DNA from: Candidatus Parvarchaeota archaeon | GTDB taxonomy: Archaea; Nanobdellota; Nanobdellia; WJKC01 | Direction: 5' to 3' | DNA length: 44,326 bases | Assembly: GCA_030615175.1 (NCBI GenBank) | Contig: JAUWZX010000004.1 | Coordinates: 1-44,326 of the forward strand | Shown here: positions 1 to 9,444 of the stretch, piece by piece | Layout: every line of letters begins with the position of its first letter | Position numbering within the stretch: the first letter of the stretch is position 1 | Position numbers and translations under genes: made by a program | The notes under the pieces: model-generated | What the model was told of the DNA's origin: nothing | Seen by the model: only the letters and a program-made list of their open reading frames with translations | Database searches by the model: none

Positions 1-1
1 C

Positions 2-175
2 AGGGAAGGAAAGAATAAAAACTTCTTCTACTTAAACGCTGAAGAAGTGAACAGGCTAAAGAACGTACTAAAACAATTCACAGAACAAAGCGAGCAAACA
101 ACAGCAATAATCAGGAAATGCAGGACATGCAAATGGATAGAAAAACAAAAGAAAAAAGACTTATTCTTTGGGTGA
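2..175 (+). CDS. 3' end of a hypothetical protein (5' truncated by window) with a CxxC near the C-terminus
   Basis: Frame 2 open from window start: REGKNKNFFYLNAEEVNRLK...IRKCRTCKWIEKQKKKDLFFG, TGA at 173-175; not in ORF track. Confidence 0.65.
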   Translation, partial: REGKNKNFFYLNAEEVNRLKNVLKQFTEQSEQTTAIIRKCRTCKWIEKQKKKDLFFG

Positions 176-182
176 TTAAAAT

Positions 183-211
183 ATTACCGGACAAGGGGAT
201 ACGGGGTATCC
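183..211 (+). promoter_or_regulatory. 29-bp conserved operator-like motif, copy A, upstream of TATA box (TTTAAAAA 218-225) of dam gene
   Basis: ATTACCGGACAAGGGGATACGGGGTATCC; 23/29 positions invariant across copies at 6726 and 30176; contains perfect GGATAC-N3-GTATCC palindrome. Confidence 0.8.
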
Positions 212-253
212 AAACACTTTAAAAATGAAATACATTAAAGAAATGAGAGGATA

Positions 254-1093
254 ATGAAACAAATAAATAGTTATAAAATACCAATTATAGTTAAGTGGGC
301 TGGAGGTAAGACACAATTACTTGAACAATTAAACAAATTCTTTCCCAAAAAAATTGAAAACTACTATGAACCATTCGCTGGCGGCGGAGCCGTGTTTTTC
401 TACATTAAACAAAAATTTAAACCAAAAAAAATAATAATCTCCGACATTAACAAAGACCTAATTAACACATATTTACAAGTAAAGAGTAATACAAACGAAT
501 TATTAAAACTATTAAGAATTCATCAAAAGAAACATTCAAAACAATATTATTATCAAATAAGAGACAGGTTTAACAACAATAAAAAATTAACTGTTCAGCG
601 AGCAGCTGACTTCATTTACTTAAACCATACCTGCTTTAATGGTTTATACAGAGTAAACAGCAAAGGAAAATTTAATGTTCCGATTGGCAGTTACAAAAAC
701 CCAACAATAGCAGACGAAAAAAGACTAAAGAGAGCAAGCAAATTATTACAGGGAGTAATCATAAAATGTCAAGATTACAAAGAAATGATAAAGAATATTT
801 CAGACAAAACCTTCATCTACTTAGACCCTCCTTACTACCCCTTAAATAATACATCCAATTTCACCAGTTACACAAGTAATGGTTTTGGGAAGAGAGAACA
901 AAAAAAACTAGCCATCTTCTTTAATGAATTAAGTAAAAGAGGTGCAAAAGGAATGCTTAGTAATAGCAACACGGATTTCATTAAAGGATTATATTTTAAT
1001 TTTGGTATTCACGAAGTGCTTGCTAAGAGGGCGATAAACTCAAAAGCTGAAGGGCGAGGAGCAATAAGTGAATTACTAATTACTAACTACTAA
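254..1093 (+). CDS. dam: Dam/DpnM-family (D12 class) N6-adenine DNA methyltransferase, probably GATC-specific
   Basis: KWAGGK, EPFAGGGAV (motif I), FNGLYRVN..G.FNVP.G, YLDPPY (motif IV), ELLITNY C-terminus. Confidence 0.92.
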   Translation: MKQINSYKIPIIVKWAGGKTQLLEQLNKFFPKKIENYYEPFAGGGAVFFYIKQKFKPKKIIISDINKDLINTYLQVKSNTNELLKLLRIHQKKHSKQYYYQIRDRFNNNKKLTVQRAADFIYLNHTCFNGLYRVNSKGKFNVPIGSYKNPTIADEKRLKRASKLLQGVIIKCQDYKEMIKNISDKTFIYLDPPYYPLNNTSNFTSYTSNGFGKREQKKLAIFFNELSKRGAKGMLSNSNTDFIKGLYFNFGIHEVLAKRAINSKAEGRGAISELLITNY

Positions 1094-1109
1094 AACCACA
1101 TTTTTTCTA

Positions 1110-1595
1110 TCACCTAAAGGTTGCAGCACTTACAACCCTGAAAAGGTCGTCATGGTTTCCTAAGAATGTCTGGAAAAGCCTTAAATTTAGCGTCCCTGTC
1201 GGGTAATTAGTTACTTCTTGGATCATGATTAATTCAATAACTACTAATAAGAATTCAATGGAGTAAACACCAAAATCATTCAATTCTTCGAATTCCTTAA
1301 TGCCTTCCTTATTAAATATTTGTAATTTAGGAGGGAATTCCTTATTGGGCTTAATTTTCTTTATTATGTTACTTATAATGTAATCAACGAAGCTAAGAGT
1401 CAATATTTCATTTCTTGCAAGCTTCATGTAAAGGTCAATAATAACATGAACATGTTTGGGCGTTCTGAGGCGCTTGTTTGGTTCTTTATACCTCACTTTA
1501 AAGTCATGCTTTGATTTCTTACCTTGTTCACAATAAATCTTAACACCATCAGAGGTAATGTATACTAATCCCCTCTGAACCTTAACTTTTTCCAC
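1110..1595 (-). CDS. Hypothetical protein convergent with dam; possible restriction/defence partner
   Basis: 161-aa ORF, GTG start, motifs TPKHVHVIIDLY and IQEVTNYP; context only. Confidence 0.65.
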   Translation of the reverse strand: MEKVKVQRGLVYITSDGVKIYCEQGKKSKHDFKVRYKEPNKRLRTPKHVHVIIDLYMKLARNEILTLSFVDYIISNIIKKIKPNKEFPPKLQIFNKEGIKEFEELNDFGVYSIEFLLVVIELIMIQEVTNYPTGTLNLRLFQTFLGNHDDLFRVVSAATFR

Positions 1596-1758
1596 ATGAA
1601 ATTAAACAAGAAGGTTACTTAAATTAATTTTCATATAACTGAAATCACTTTATTCAAAACTAAAAAATCATAATCCGTAGAAAAAAGCGAAGGTGCTTAT
1701 AAAGCCTTCAGAACCAGACAGTAAGAACTATATTAAACACCTCCTTTTAGTTCTAAAC

Positions 1759-2325
1759 ATGAATCTTAATGAAGTAATGAGTAGAATTAAAAAAAATAAG
1801 GGCAAGGAAATGCCTTCTAAACAAGGGATTTATGTAATCTTTGCAAAAAACCCTTTTAATTTAGTGTTCACCGATGTTTGTAAAGACCAGATAGTTTATG
1901 TTGGTGAAAGCAAAAATCTTAATAACAGACAAGTAAAAAATCACTTTAGAAATGGTAGGACTGGTTCTTCAACATTGCGCAGATCATTAGGTGCAATTTT
2001 TAGAGAAAGTTTTAATTTGAAATGTTACTTACGTGGAAAAAAAATTGATAAGAGTAAAGGTTATAGATTTGATGATAAAGGAGAATCGAGACTTACTAAA
2101 TGGATGATAAAAAATCTTTCAGAATCCTTTTGCGTGACAAGTAATAGTAAAAAAACTAGAGAAACAATTGAGAAAAAAGTTATTGCCTGCTTACCTAAAA
2201 AACCCATTTTAAATTTAAAAAAAATAAAACATGAACATATTAAGCAAATTAGAGAAATGAGAAAAGTTTGTAGAGAAGAAGCTAAGAGAAATGGTCTAAA
2301 GGTTGAACACGTAAAAGAAAAATAA
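1759..2325 (+). CDS. GIY-YIG nuclease family protein
   Basis: GIYVIF...VYVGES..L..R..NH, SSTLRRSLGA, late E...P.LN; ATG at 1759 preferred over GTG at 1693. Confidence 0.85.
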   Translation: MNLNEVMSRIKKNKGKEMPSKQGIYVIFAKNPFNLVFTDVCKDQIVYVGESKNLNNRQVKNHFRNGRTGSSTLRRSLGAIFRESFNLKCYLRGKKIDKSKGYRFDDKGESRLTKWMIKNLSESFCVTSNSKKTRETIEKKVIACLPKKPILNLKKIKHEHIKQIREMRKVCREEAKRNGLKVEHVKEK

Positions 2326-2384
2326 GTGATTAAGAATTTATTAGAGAGGTTGAGAATCAATTAACTTTACCGGACAAAGAATCA

Positions 2385-2409
2385 ACCCTTCGAACCTTTG
2401 GTTCGGGTC
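2385..2409. terminator. Stem-loop between convergent genes (CGAACC-TTT-GGTTCG core)
   Basis: Perfect 6-bp stem at 2391-2405 extendable with ACC/GGT; followed by an A-tract. Confidence 0.4.
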
Positions 2410-2432
2410 CATACCAAAAAAAGATTCTTTTA

Positions 2433-3263
2433 TTAACTTATTTTTAAATTTTCAGAAAAAAACATTACTTCTTCCCCTTTAGTCGTCTTTCCTGCACTAT
2501 AGTTTAATGAAAAAATATCATGTCTATAATTACTGTACAAACTTTTTATTATGTTTGCATTATCGTATGTTAATATCCATTTTTGCTTTTTTATTTTATT
2601 TATCTCTTTACATATGGCCAAATGGTCTTTATACTCATAATAATTAAAATAAAGTTCTTTGCCTTTGGTGTAATAAGGTGGGTCTAAATAGAATAAAGTT
2701 TTTTCTGAAAGTTTTTTACGGAGAATAGGTATCAATTTAATAGCATCCTCATTATGTAATTCAATTTTATCTTTATGTGATGCAATAAATTTAATTTTAT
2801 TAATTAATTCTTTTTTATTATATCTGGAATTTATTTTCCATTTACCTTTTTGTTCTTTCCCACCTATAACTCCTGCGTTTATAATTCCAGAAATATTTGT
2901 CCTATTTAAAAAAAAAGTGGAAAATCCTAAAGAAAGTAAATCAGCATTTTTTTGAGACTTTTGTATCTTTTTTTGTTTTTCCCAATTTTTAATATTAATA
3001 GGGGTTTTTTTAATTAATTCACATAATTTTTCAGTCTTGTTTAATACAGAGTACCAGAATGCATAAATTGAAAGGTCTATATCATTAATAATAATTTGGG
3101 ACGTATAACCTTCAAAAAGAAGTGAAAGAGCTACTGAAGCACCACCCGCATAAGGTTCAATATATACTCCTCCTTTTAAATCATTTTTTTCAATAATTTT
3201 TTTAAAATAATTAACAATCTTATATTTTCCTCCAGGGTATCTAAGTGGAGAATAAAATGTCAT
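2433..3263 (-). CDS. Second D12-class DNA adenine methyltransferase
   Basis: SPLRYPGGK, EPYAGGASVA, FFLNRTN.SG, YLDPPYY; ATG at 3263 overlaps the upstream stop (ATGA). Confidence 0.92.
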   Translation of the reverse strand: MTFYSPLRYPGGKYKIVNYFKKIIEKNDLKGGVYIEPYAGGASVALSLLFEGYTSQIIINDIDLSIYAFWYSVLNKTEKLCELIKKTPINIKNWEKQKKIQKSQKNADLLSLGFSTFFLNRTNISGIINAGVIGGKEQKGKWKINSRYNKKELINKIKFIASHKDKIELHNEDAIKLIPILRKKLSEKTLFYLDPPYYTKGKELYFNYYEYKDHLAICKEINKIKKQKWILTYDNANIIKSLYSNYRHDIFSLNYSAGKTTKGEEVMFFSENLKIS

Positions 3264-4570
3264 TTTTTCCTCTTTTTTTCTATTTCTGCAATCTTTTCCC
3301 AAATTATTTCAAAAAACTCCTGCAAATTATCCCACTTATATATTAAATCAACAGGAACGGGTTGAGTTCTAAACGAATGCACATATTCATGAAAATTATT
3401 AATTGAAAGTATAGAACTCCCTTTATTTGTTACTGCCCTAATATTTTTTAGTTGTTTTTTGTTGACCCCTTCTTTTTCTAAAATTTCTGTTACTTTTGTG
3501 ATTTTTCCTGCAAGTTTAATATTTTTACCAAAAGATGAACCAATTTTTTCAGCATAAAAGTCTAAACTAGTTTCTAAAAAAACTCTAAATAATACTGCAA
3601 TTGCGTTAGTCCCCTTATCTAGTAGAAGAGACTTTAATTCATGATAGATATTATTAATCTTTGTTTCATGTATCCTTAATATACATGTAGAAGGGATAAG
3701 AGTATTTCTGCTACTAGATTTTGGGAGACTTTTCTTACGTTTAATTTTGCTTTTTTCAGCAACTCCTTTAGAGGAAATAAACATCCTTACTCTAGATCTA
3801 TTTGGTTTTTCTCCAAAAAGGTTTTTCATAAATCTAATCTTTTTTTCGGTATTATATACTTCTCTTACAGGAACATTTTCTATAATAATTTTATTAAATA
3901 AAATATCTAATCTTTCAACTACTTCTTTTTTTAGAGCAGTTAAAAAAACCTTTCCATTAACAATATCTAAACCTAAAAAAGATCTAGATTCAGGATTTGT
4001 CAAAATACGTTCAATAGTAGTAACTTTTAATTTATCTGTATTTATTTTAGATTTAGTTTCTCGTTCAAAGAAAGTTATAACTTTCATAGTAGGAGATATT
4101 TTTCCTTCAAATTTAAAACCAAATCTTTCCTGTTCTGCAGTCCCCCATGGATCTAAACCTACCCCTTTATTTTTGCCTGTATGATCTAATTTAATCCATT
4201 TTGAAGCTTCTTCTTCGGTTTTGTATATAAAACAATTTACCTTTTTAGGAATATTTGCCTTTTTGGTAATTTTAACAAATTTTTTCTTTAAAGATTCAAT
4301 TTTTATCAATGAAAGATCCAATAAGCACTTGATAGCTGTAGCCCTTCTATTTCCATCTAAGATCAAAAAGAGATTATTTTTTATTTCTAAAACCCTAAAA
4401 TCTTTTGCTTTATCTAGTCCATTTTCAACAATATGCTTCGCTAAATTTAAAATTTCTGATCCTTTCTCTTCCAACATTAAATTAATGGCCTGGTTCTGGC
4501 CTTCTACAGGATCAAATCGGTAATTATATGGATTAACAATTAGCTTATCAATAGTAATCTTTTTCTTCAT
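3260..4570 (-). CDS. ParB/Srx-like N-terminal domain plus putative HEPN-like C-terminal domain; defence protein
   Basis: NP.N.R and ILDGNRRATAIK (ParB-like); AVLFRVFLE.SL...NFHEYVH (HEPN-like); translationally coupled to methylase. Confidence 0.72.
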   Translation of the reverse strand: MKKKITIDKLIVNPYNYRFDPVEGQNQAINLMLEEKGSEILNLAKHIVENGLDKAKDFRVLEIKNNLFLILDGNRRATAIKCLLDLSLIKIESLKKKFVKITKKANIPKKVNCFIYKTEEEASKWIKLDHTGKNKGVGLDPWGTAEQERFGFKFEGKISPTMKVITFFERETKSKINTDKLKVTTIERILTNPESRSFLGLDIVNGKVFLTALKKEVVERLDILFNKIIIENVPVREVYNTEKKIRFMKNLFGEKPNRSRVRMFISSKGVAEKSKIKRKKSLPKSSSRNTLIPSTCILRIHETKINNIYHELKSLLLDKGTNAIAVLFRVFLETSLDFYAEKIGSSFGKNIKLAGKITKVTEILEKEGVNKKQLKNIRAVTNKGSSILSINNFHEYVHSFRTQPVPVDLIYKWDNLQEFFEIIWEKIAEIEKKRKK

Positions 4571-4693
4571 TAATTTTTACTAAAAGACAATAATATTAAA
4601 ACATATCTCTGATTAAATATCTGTTCAAATTATTCTTTTGGGAATATTTTTGTCAATAAAATATTAAGGGATGGGCGCGCTCATGGTTGATTT

Positions 4694-5224
4694 ATGGGTT
4701 TGGAAAAAGCGTTGAAGGATTATGGAAAACACTTGAAGGCGTATCGCGAGGCGCTAAGAGAGGAAGAGGCATTAAAAAAGAGCGAAGAGGAAAGATTCTG
4801 GAATCTGGAGAGAAAGAATTACGGGGAAAAATTAACACAGGCAAAAGAGATATGTGAATGGGTAAAAGCGTTCACGAAAACAAAAGAATACAAAGAAATA
4901 ATAAAGCACTTCGAGGCATACGACTTAATGAAACTAGGCGGGATAAGCGACGGCCTGATAATACACAACGGAGGATGGGGTCACAAACACAAAGACTCAC
5001 GCGGCTGCTGGTCAAGAATCTACCTAAACCAGAACGGAACACTAAACTACAAAGCATGGTATAAATGGCTTGGAATAAAAACCACGCTAAAACTAAAGAA
5101 ACCAGAAGACCTAGCAGGAAAACTAAACCAGGAATACATAAATGAACTGCACAAATCAATAATTACAGGCGAAATAATAAGAACCCTTGACAAAGAAATA
5201 AAAGAAGAAATAAAAAGACTATAA
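4694..5224 (+). CDS. Hypothetical protein
   Basis: 176-aa ORF, ATG start, host-like codon usage. Confidence 0.75.
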   Translation: MGLEKALKDYGKHLKAYREALREEEALKKSEEERFWNLERKNYGEKLTQAKEICEWVKAFTKTKEYKEIIKHFEAYDLMKLGGISDGLIIHNGGWGHKHKDSRGCWSRIYLNQNGTLNYKAWYKWLGIKTTLKLKKPEDLAGKLNQEYINELHKSIITGEIIRTLDKEIKEEIKRL

Positions 5225-6688
5225 CTGATATTTCTTACCTTCATTCACTAACTTCACTTTCTTATGAACTTCCTTATAGAGCTCAGGGAATTCAGTGTGA
5301 ATAGGAATAAGCAATTTAGGGTTAATGGATTCAACCATTTTGAAAAGGTGATTGCCAGAAGCGTGGCCAGAAGCATGAATCTTATTCTGAGGATACAAGT
5401 TGAACTTGCGAAGCCAGTTATTAATACGCTTCTCATCAAGCTCCATTTCCTCACTAAAAGGCTCGCAAATACTCCTGATGTGAACACTGCCAGGAACAGG
5501 CTGAATGTCAAGCAAGTTATTCAATTGAAAATAATTCATGAAGACAACGTATTTGCCCTGATTCTTACTAATATCCCCCGCAGTCACGACATTAGATTGA
5601 TTCAGATACTCCTTCTCCCAGGACTTGTAATCACGAGCAACCTGCTCCTCAGGCACGCCAGTCCTGCCAATCAAACCCCAACCCTTACGAGGAAAAAAAA
5701 TCTTAATAAACTCATCATCAGAAGCAGGCAGTTCAGTAACGCCCTCCAAACGCAATAAGTCCAATAACAATGCCTGACGCGACTCAATCACAAGAGAACG
5801 ATTATTACTAACCGCAGTCTTATAAAAAGTAAGCAAGCGGTCAGTATCACGAATAGGGAAATTAGCAATCACAACACCCTTCTTATCCTTAATAAGCTTG
5901 GTTGACTGTTTCTCAACATAACCCTCGGTACGGGCAGAGGAATCCTTAATACGCGTGCCCTCAGATAACATGCAAACCGGCTCTGACTCAGCCGCCTTCT
6001 CAACAAAATAATCACTCCAATCCTTATGACGACCATGAAAACGCAAATCACCAGTATAAATAACGTTGCCAATCGAAGTATTAATAACAAAACCAGCAGC
6101 TCCAGGCAATGAATGATCAACACGATAAGGAGTAACCTCTAAATTACCAATCTTAAAAGGCTTATTAAAAGAGAAATCATTAACAACACGCTCCTCCAAA
6201 CCATCACGAGCAGTGCGCCTCTTAACCCCATCACTACGCTTCTTAGGAATGAAAATGAAAGAAGGATTAAACTTGCAGAAATCATTATAAGCCCCTCCGC
6301 CAACAGTATCAAACAAACTCATAATCGCCTTGCTCTCAGGACTAACGTGAACAGGAATATCCCTGCGCAGAAAATGAACATAACCAAGATGGTCAAGATG
6401 AGCATGACTGATAAGGACGCCGTCAACAGAATTCCTCTCAGAATAATTAAGACCATTATGCTTGCAGTAATCACGCCTGTAAATCCCCTTCAAATCAGGA
6501 AGCATGCCCAAAGCAATTAAATCCTTAATACTGGAAAACTTGCGCGGAGGCATGAACTCAGTGAAATAAGACGCCTGCTCTTCAAAATTCATCCCGAAAT
6601 CCAATAGAATACGAGTACCCTTATCCTCCAAAAGAATCTTATTACCGCCAATCTTGCCCACTCCGCCATAAAAAGACAATGAAGTCAT
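5219..6688 (-). CDS. Metallo-beta-lactamase/beta-CASP fold nuclease (RNase J-like)
   Basis: FYGGVGKIGGN, LDFG, SHAHLDH, VDHS, YTGD, HASGH, PIHTE. Confidence 0.9.
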   Translation of the reverse strand: MTSLSFYGGVGKIGGNKILLEDKGTRILLDFGMNFEEQASYFTEFMPPRKFSSIKDLIALGMLPDLKGIYRRDYCKHNGLNYSERNSVDGVLISHAHLDHLGYVHFLRRDIPVHVSPESKAIMSLFDTVGGGAYNDFCKFNPSFIFIPKKRSDGVKRRTARDGLEERVVNDFSFNKPFKIGNLEVTPYRVDHSLPGAAGFVINTSIGNVIYTGDLRFHGRHKDWSDYFVEKAAESEPVCMLSEGTRIKDSSARTEGYVEKQSTKLIKDKKGVVIANFPIRDTDRLLTFYKTAVSNNRSLVIESRQALLLDLLRLEGVTELPASDDEFIKIFFPRKGWGLIGRTGVPEEQVARDYKSWEKEYLNQSNVVTAGDISKNQGKYVVFMNYFQLNNLLDIQPVPGSVHIRSICEPFSEEMELDEKRINNWLRKFNLYPQNKIHASGHASGNHLFKMVESINPKLLIPIHTEFPELYKEVHKKVKLVNEGKKYQL

Positions 6689-6725
6689 AAGAAATGAATA
6701 ACACAATTAACTTATAAACGTTTAT

Positions 6726-6754
6726 ATTACCGGAAAAGAGGACACTAGGTATCC
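6726..6754 (+). promoter_or_regulatory. 29-bp operator-like motif, copy B, upstream of TATA box (TTTAAAGT from 6762) of exonuclease gene
   Basis: ATTACCGGAAAAGAGGACACTAGGTATCC. Confidence 0.8.
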
Positions 6755-6777
6755 GTTAATATTTAAAGTATTAATGA

Positions 6778-7383
6778 ATGACAACACAAATGACTCTCCA
6801 CTACCTGGACATTGAAACATGCAGGAAAACACCTGAGAATGATGAAAGAGACGGATTCAACCCTCATAAAGGAAAAATAATCACCATCCAATACCAGCCA
6901 ATAGATAAAAGAACAGGACAACTAACAGGCAAACTAACAATACTAAAGGAATGGGAATTAGGCGAGAAAACAATGATTCAGCAATTCAAACCAGTATTCC
7001 TAGGATACAATCATCCAATAACATGCTTTGAATTCACGCCAGTTGGATACAACCTGAAATTCGAAATAGACTTCCTAAGACATAAATTAATAGAACACTG
7101 CAACCTCGACAGGAGACCACACCTGTTATGGACTAAAAAACCAATCATAGACTTATTCAGCTCAGTCGTTATTGCAAACAACTGCAACTTCAAAGGAGCA
7201 AAACTAAACAATTTCAGCTCAAAAATACATGACGGAAGCATAATAACACAATTATATGAAAACAAGCAATACGACGAAATCATAAAATACATAAAAGATG
7301 AAGCAGAAGGATTCTCAGAAATACTGAAAAAATTAATCAGAACACTGCCAGGAATACTAACATCAAAAAGCTTAAATACATAA
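6778..7383 (+). CDS. Stand-alone RNase H-fold 3'-5' exonuclease (DnaQ/PolB proofreading-like); start may be 6790
   Basis: ExoI YLDIET, ExoII GYNLKFEIDFL, IIDL, ExoIII YIKDE. Confidence 0.82.
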   Translation: MTTQMTLHYLDIETCRKTPENDERDGFNPHKGKIITIQYQPIDKRTGQLTGKLTILKEWELGEKTMIQQFKPVFLGYNHPITCFEFTPVGYNLKFEIDFLRHKLIEHCNLDRRPHLLWTKKPIIDLFSSVVIANNCNFKGAKLNNFSSKIHDGSIITQLYENKQYDEIIKYIKDEAEGFSEILKKLIRTLPGILTSKSLNT

Positions 7384-7402
7384 AACAAGAAGAATAAACC
7401 CA

Positions 7403-7978
7403 ATGAACAATTATAAACGCGCGCCAGAAGGCGGAATAATAAAATTCGATTACTCAGACCCTGTAAAAGGGATAAGAATCAAGAATGAAATACTCGTTGA
7501 CAGTGAAAAAGCAGTAATGAAAGAAGAAATAGAGCATTACAAGACAAACAAACTAAAAGTAGTAAGGCTGGATAAAGTAAACAGGGAAGAACAATTCCCA
7601 TGCTTCAATGAAACTAAAGGACCAGTAGACATGAAAGCAGAATACACAGAAGAACAATTCCTTAACATAGAAATAGAACTATCACAGGAAAACGGTCAAT
7701 GCTGGCTTCATGAAGAATCAATAAAAAGACTTGAAAACATGATAGGAATCGAACTAACACAACAGGACAACAAGCTTAAAGGAAGCGAATTATACATGAT
7801 GCTAATAAACCAGGATGATGAAGGCAACATGATGCCTAAAAGAAACCTTAGAATCAGCAGGGGAGCAAGCGACCCTCACCCGCCAGGATACTACCAGTTA
7901 TTCATAATAATAATGGATACATGGGAGTACGTCAGAAGACAAGTGAGAGCAGCAATTACAGTAGATTTAATTAAATAA
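7403..7978 (+). CDS. Hypothetical protein
   Basis: 191-aa ORF 19 bp downstream of exonuclease. Confidence 0.7.
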   Translation: MNNYKRAPEGGIIKFDYSDPVKGIRIKNEILVDSEKAVMKEEIEHYKTNKLKVVRLDKVNREEQFPCFNETKGPVDMKAEYTEEQFLNIEIELSQENGQCWLHEESIKRLENMIGIELTQQDNKLKGSELYMMLINQDDEGNMMPKRNLRISRGASDPHPPGYYQLFIIIMDTWEYVRRQVRAAITVDLIK

Positions 7979-8935
7979 TCTGTCAAAATTCCTGAAAAAA
8001 ATATTATCCTTATCAACAGAACTAATACTGCAATCACGAATAATACTTAACTGCCCTTCAAGCGGGCTCCAGGCCTCATCAGAACCGAAAAGAATTTTCT
8101 GCGAGCCAACCTCACCAACCATTAACTCAATCACTCTCTCCAGGTTAATAGAAGAACTATTATACAAGTTATCCAGATTCAACAAGTTCTTCACAATAAC
8201 ATCAGTCAGCTTCGCTTTACTTGGAAGATTAATCTCTATTAAATCCCTGAAAGACTCATGAATCCCAATATCAGAATCCTTCCTTATAAATTTAAGAATA
8301 CTCATCTGACTTACCATGTACTTGAAATTATCATGAGTGAACGCGCTCGTATCAAGAAAAGCATTATCATAATCCTTAACAGCCTTCACAATATTATCAT
8401 CCAGGAATCCCAGGTGAGCAATGATGAAATCAACAGCCCCATTACGCATGATTACATCCTTCAAATCACTAGAATGAACAGGTCCCTGATGAATGATTAA
8501 TGGAAGCCCGTAATCCATCGCAGTTTTCACTACCTCATACTCCTCCAGCACTCCCGGCTTAACCATAACGCACCCGAAATGAACTTTCACAGCCCCGGCA
8601 TCATAATCCTTAACGCACCGCTCCACCTCCATCCCTGCACGATAATCCCTCGGGTCAACCATTACTGCAAAAATCATGTTATCATAAGACAAGCATTCAC
8701 TGCCAATCTCATCATTCTTTAATCCATAATTAATTAAAGGGAAATTAGGCTCGTAATCAGCCAGCCACGCGTAAGGCACTGGCTGGGCAAAAGCAACAGA
8801 ATCCATAACAAAAACATCCTTTTTCCCTAAATCCACTAATTTATCAAGATAACCCTCAATAGTGCTGTTAGAACCGCCTCCCTTCGGGTCATAATCCTCA
8901 CCGCCTGCATGAACATGACAATCCTTAATCTTCAT
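7967..8935 (-). CDS. Amidohydrolase family (TIM-barrel metal-dependent hydrolase)
   Basis: DCHVH, KVH, IIHQG, IIAHLG, LDTS, ILFGSD. Confidence 0.88.
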   Translation of the reverse strand: MKIKDCHVHAGGEDYDPKGGGSNSTIEGYLDKLVDLGKKDVFVMDSVAFAQPVPYAWLADYEPNFPLINYGLKNDEIGSECLSYDNMIFAVMVDPRDYRAGMEVERCVKDYDAGAVKVHFGCVMVKPGVLEEYEVVKTAMDYGLPLIIHQGPVHSSDLKDVIMRNGAVDFIIAHLGFLDDNIVKAVKDYDNAFLDTSAFTHDNFKYMVSQMSILKFIRKDSDIGIHESFRDLIEINLPSKAKLTDVIVKNLLNLDNLYNSSSINLERVIELMVGEVGSQKILFGSDEAWSPLEGQLSIIRDCSISSVDKDNIFFRNFDRLFN

Positions 8936-8973
8936 ATCATTAATACTTTGAAAGAATTAATTTTTAAATGTTT

Positions 8974-9387
8974 CTAAAATAATAACGGGATAACCTTGTA
9001 ACACACTGCCTTAGCATCAAGCTGCTTAGTTATTAATTCAGTATTCTTTTCATCAGAAATAATCCTGGCAAGCCAGTAACCAGCATGATAATTAACAGCT
9101 AAATCACAATAATACGCCAAGTACTCAACATCATCAATCTCAGAGAATAACTTATCAAGCTCATCATCAACTATTCTAACCCTGACATCATTACCAAACG
9201 CGCGATGAGCTTTTGCAGTGCTTGGCTTCTCATAAGGAAACTTTAATTTCAACCCATTAGTAATATTAAAAGAATCAGCTAAACCATTATTAACAAAATT
9301 CTCAATTTTCCCCTCTAAATTACTTCTAACAATATCCTCATCAAAAGGAGAATAAATCATCTTGGCAACGTACACTGCTTTACGCAT
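8974..9387 (-). CDS. Hypothetical protein
   Basis: 137-aa ORF, ATG start. Confidence 0.7.
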   Translation of the reverse strand: MRKAVYVAKMIYSPFDEDIVRSNLEGKIENFVNNGLADSFNITNGLKLKFPYEKPSTAKAHRAFGNDVRVRIVDDELDKLFSEIDDVEYLAYYCDLAVNYHAGYWLARIISDEKNTELITKQLDAKAVCYKVIPLLF

Positions 9388-9444
9388 AAAACATAATTAA
9401 CTTAATGAATGATATAAAACATTTGTTGTTCCACAACAAAGATT

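Noticed and set aside
183..211. 29-bp motif as an ORB origin box or Xer dif site
   Set aside because: Lacks the TCCAnTGGAAA ORB core and the 11-6-11 dif symmetry; fixed spacing to TATA boxes favours a transcriptional role
2396..2416. tRNA 3' fragment / att site (GGTTCGGGTCC...ACCA)
   Set aside because: T-loop is non-canonical, no acceptor stem, and no match to the tRNA-Cys in this window
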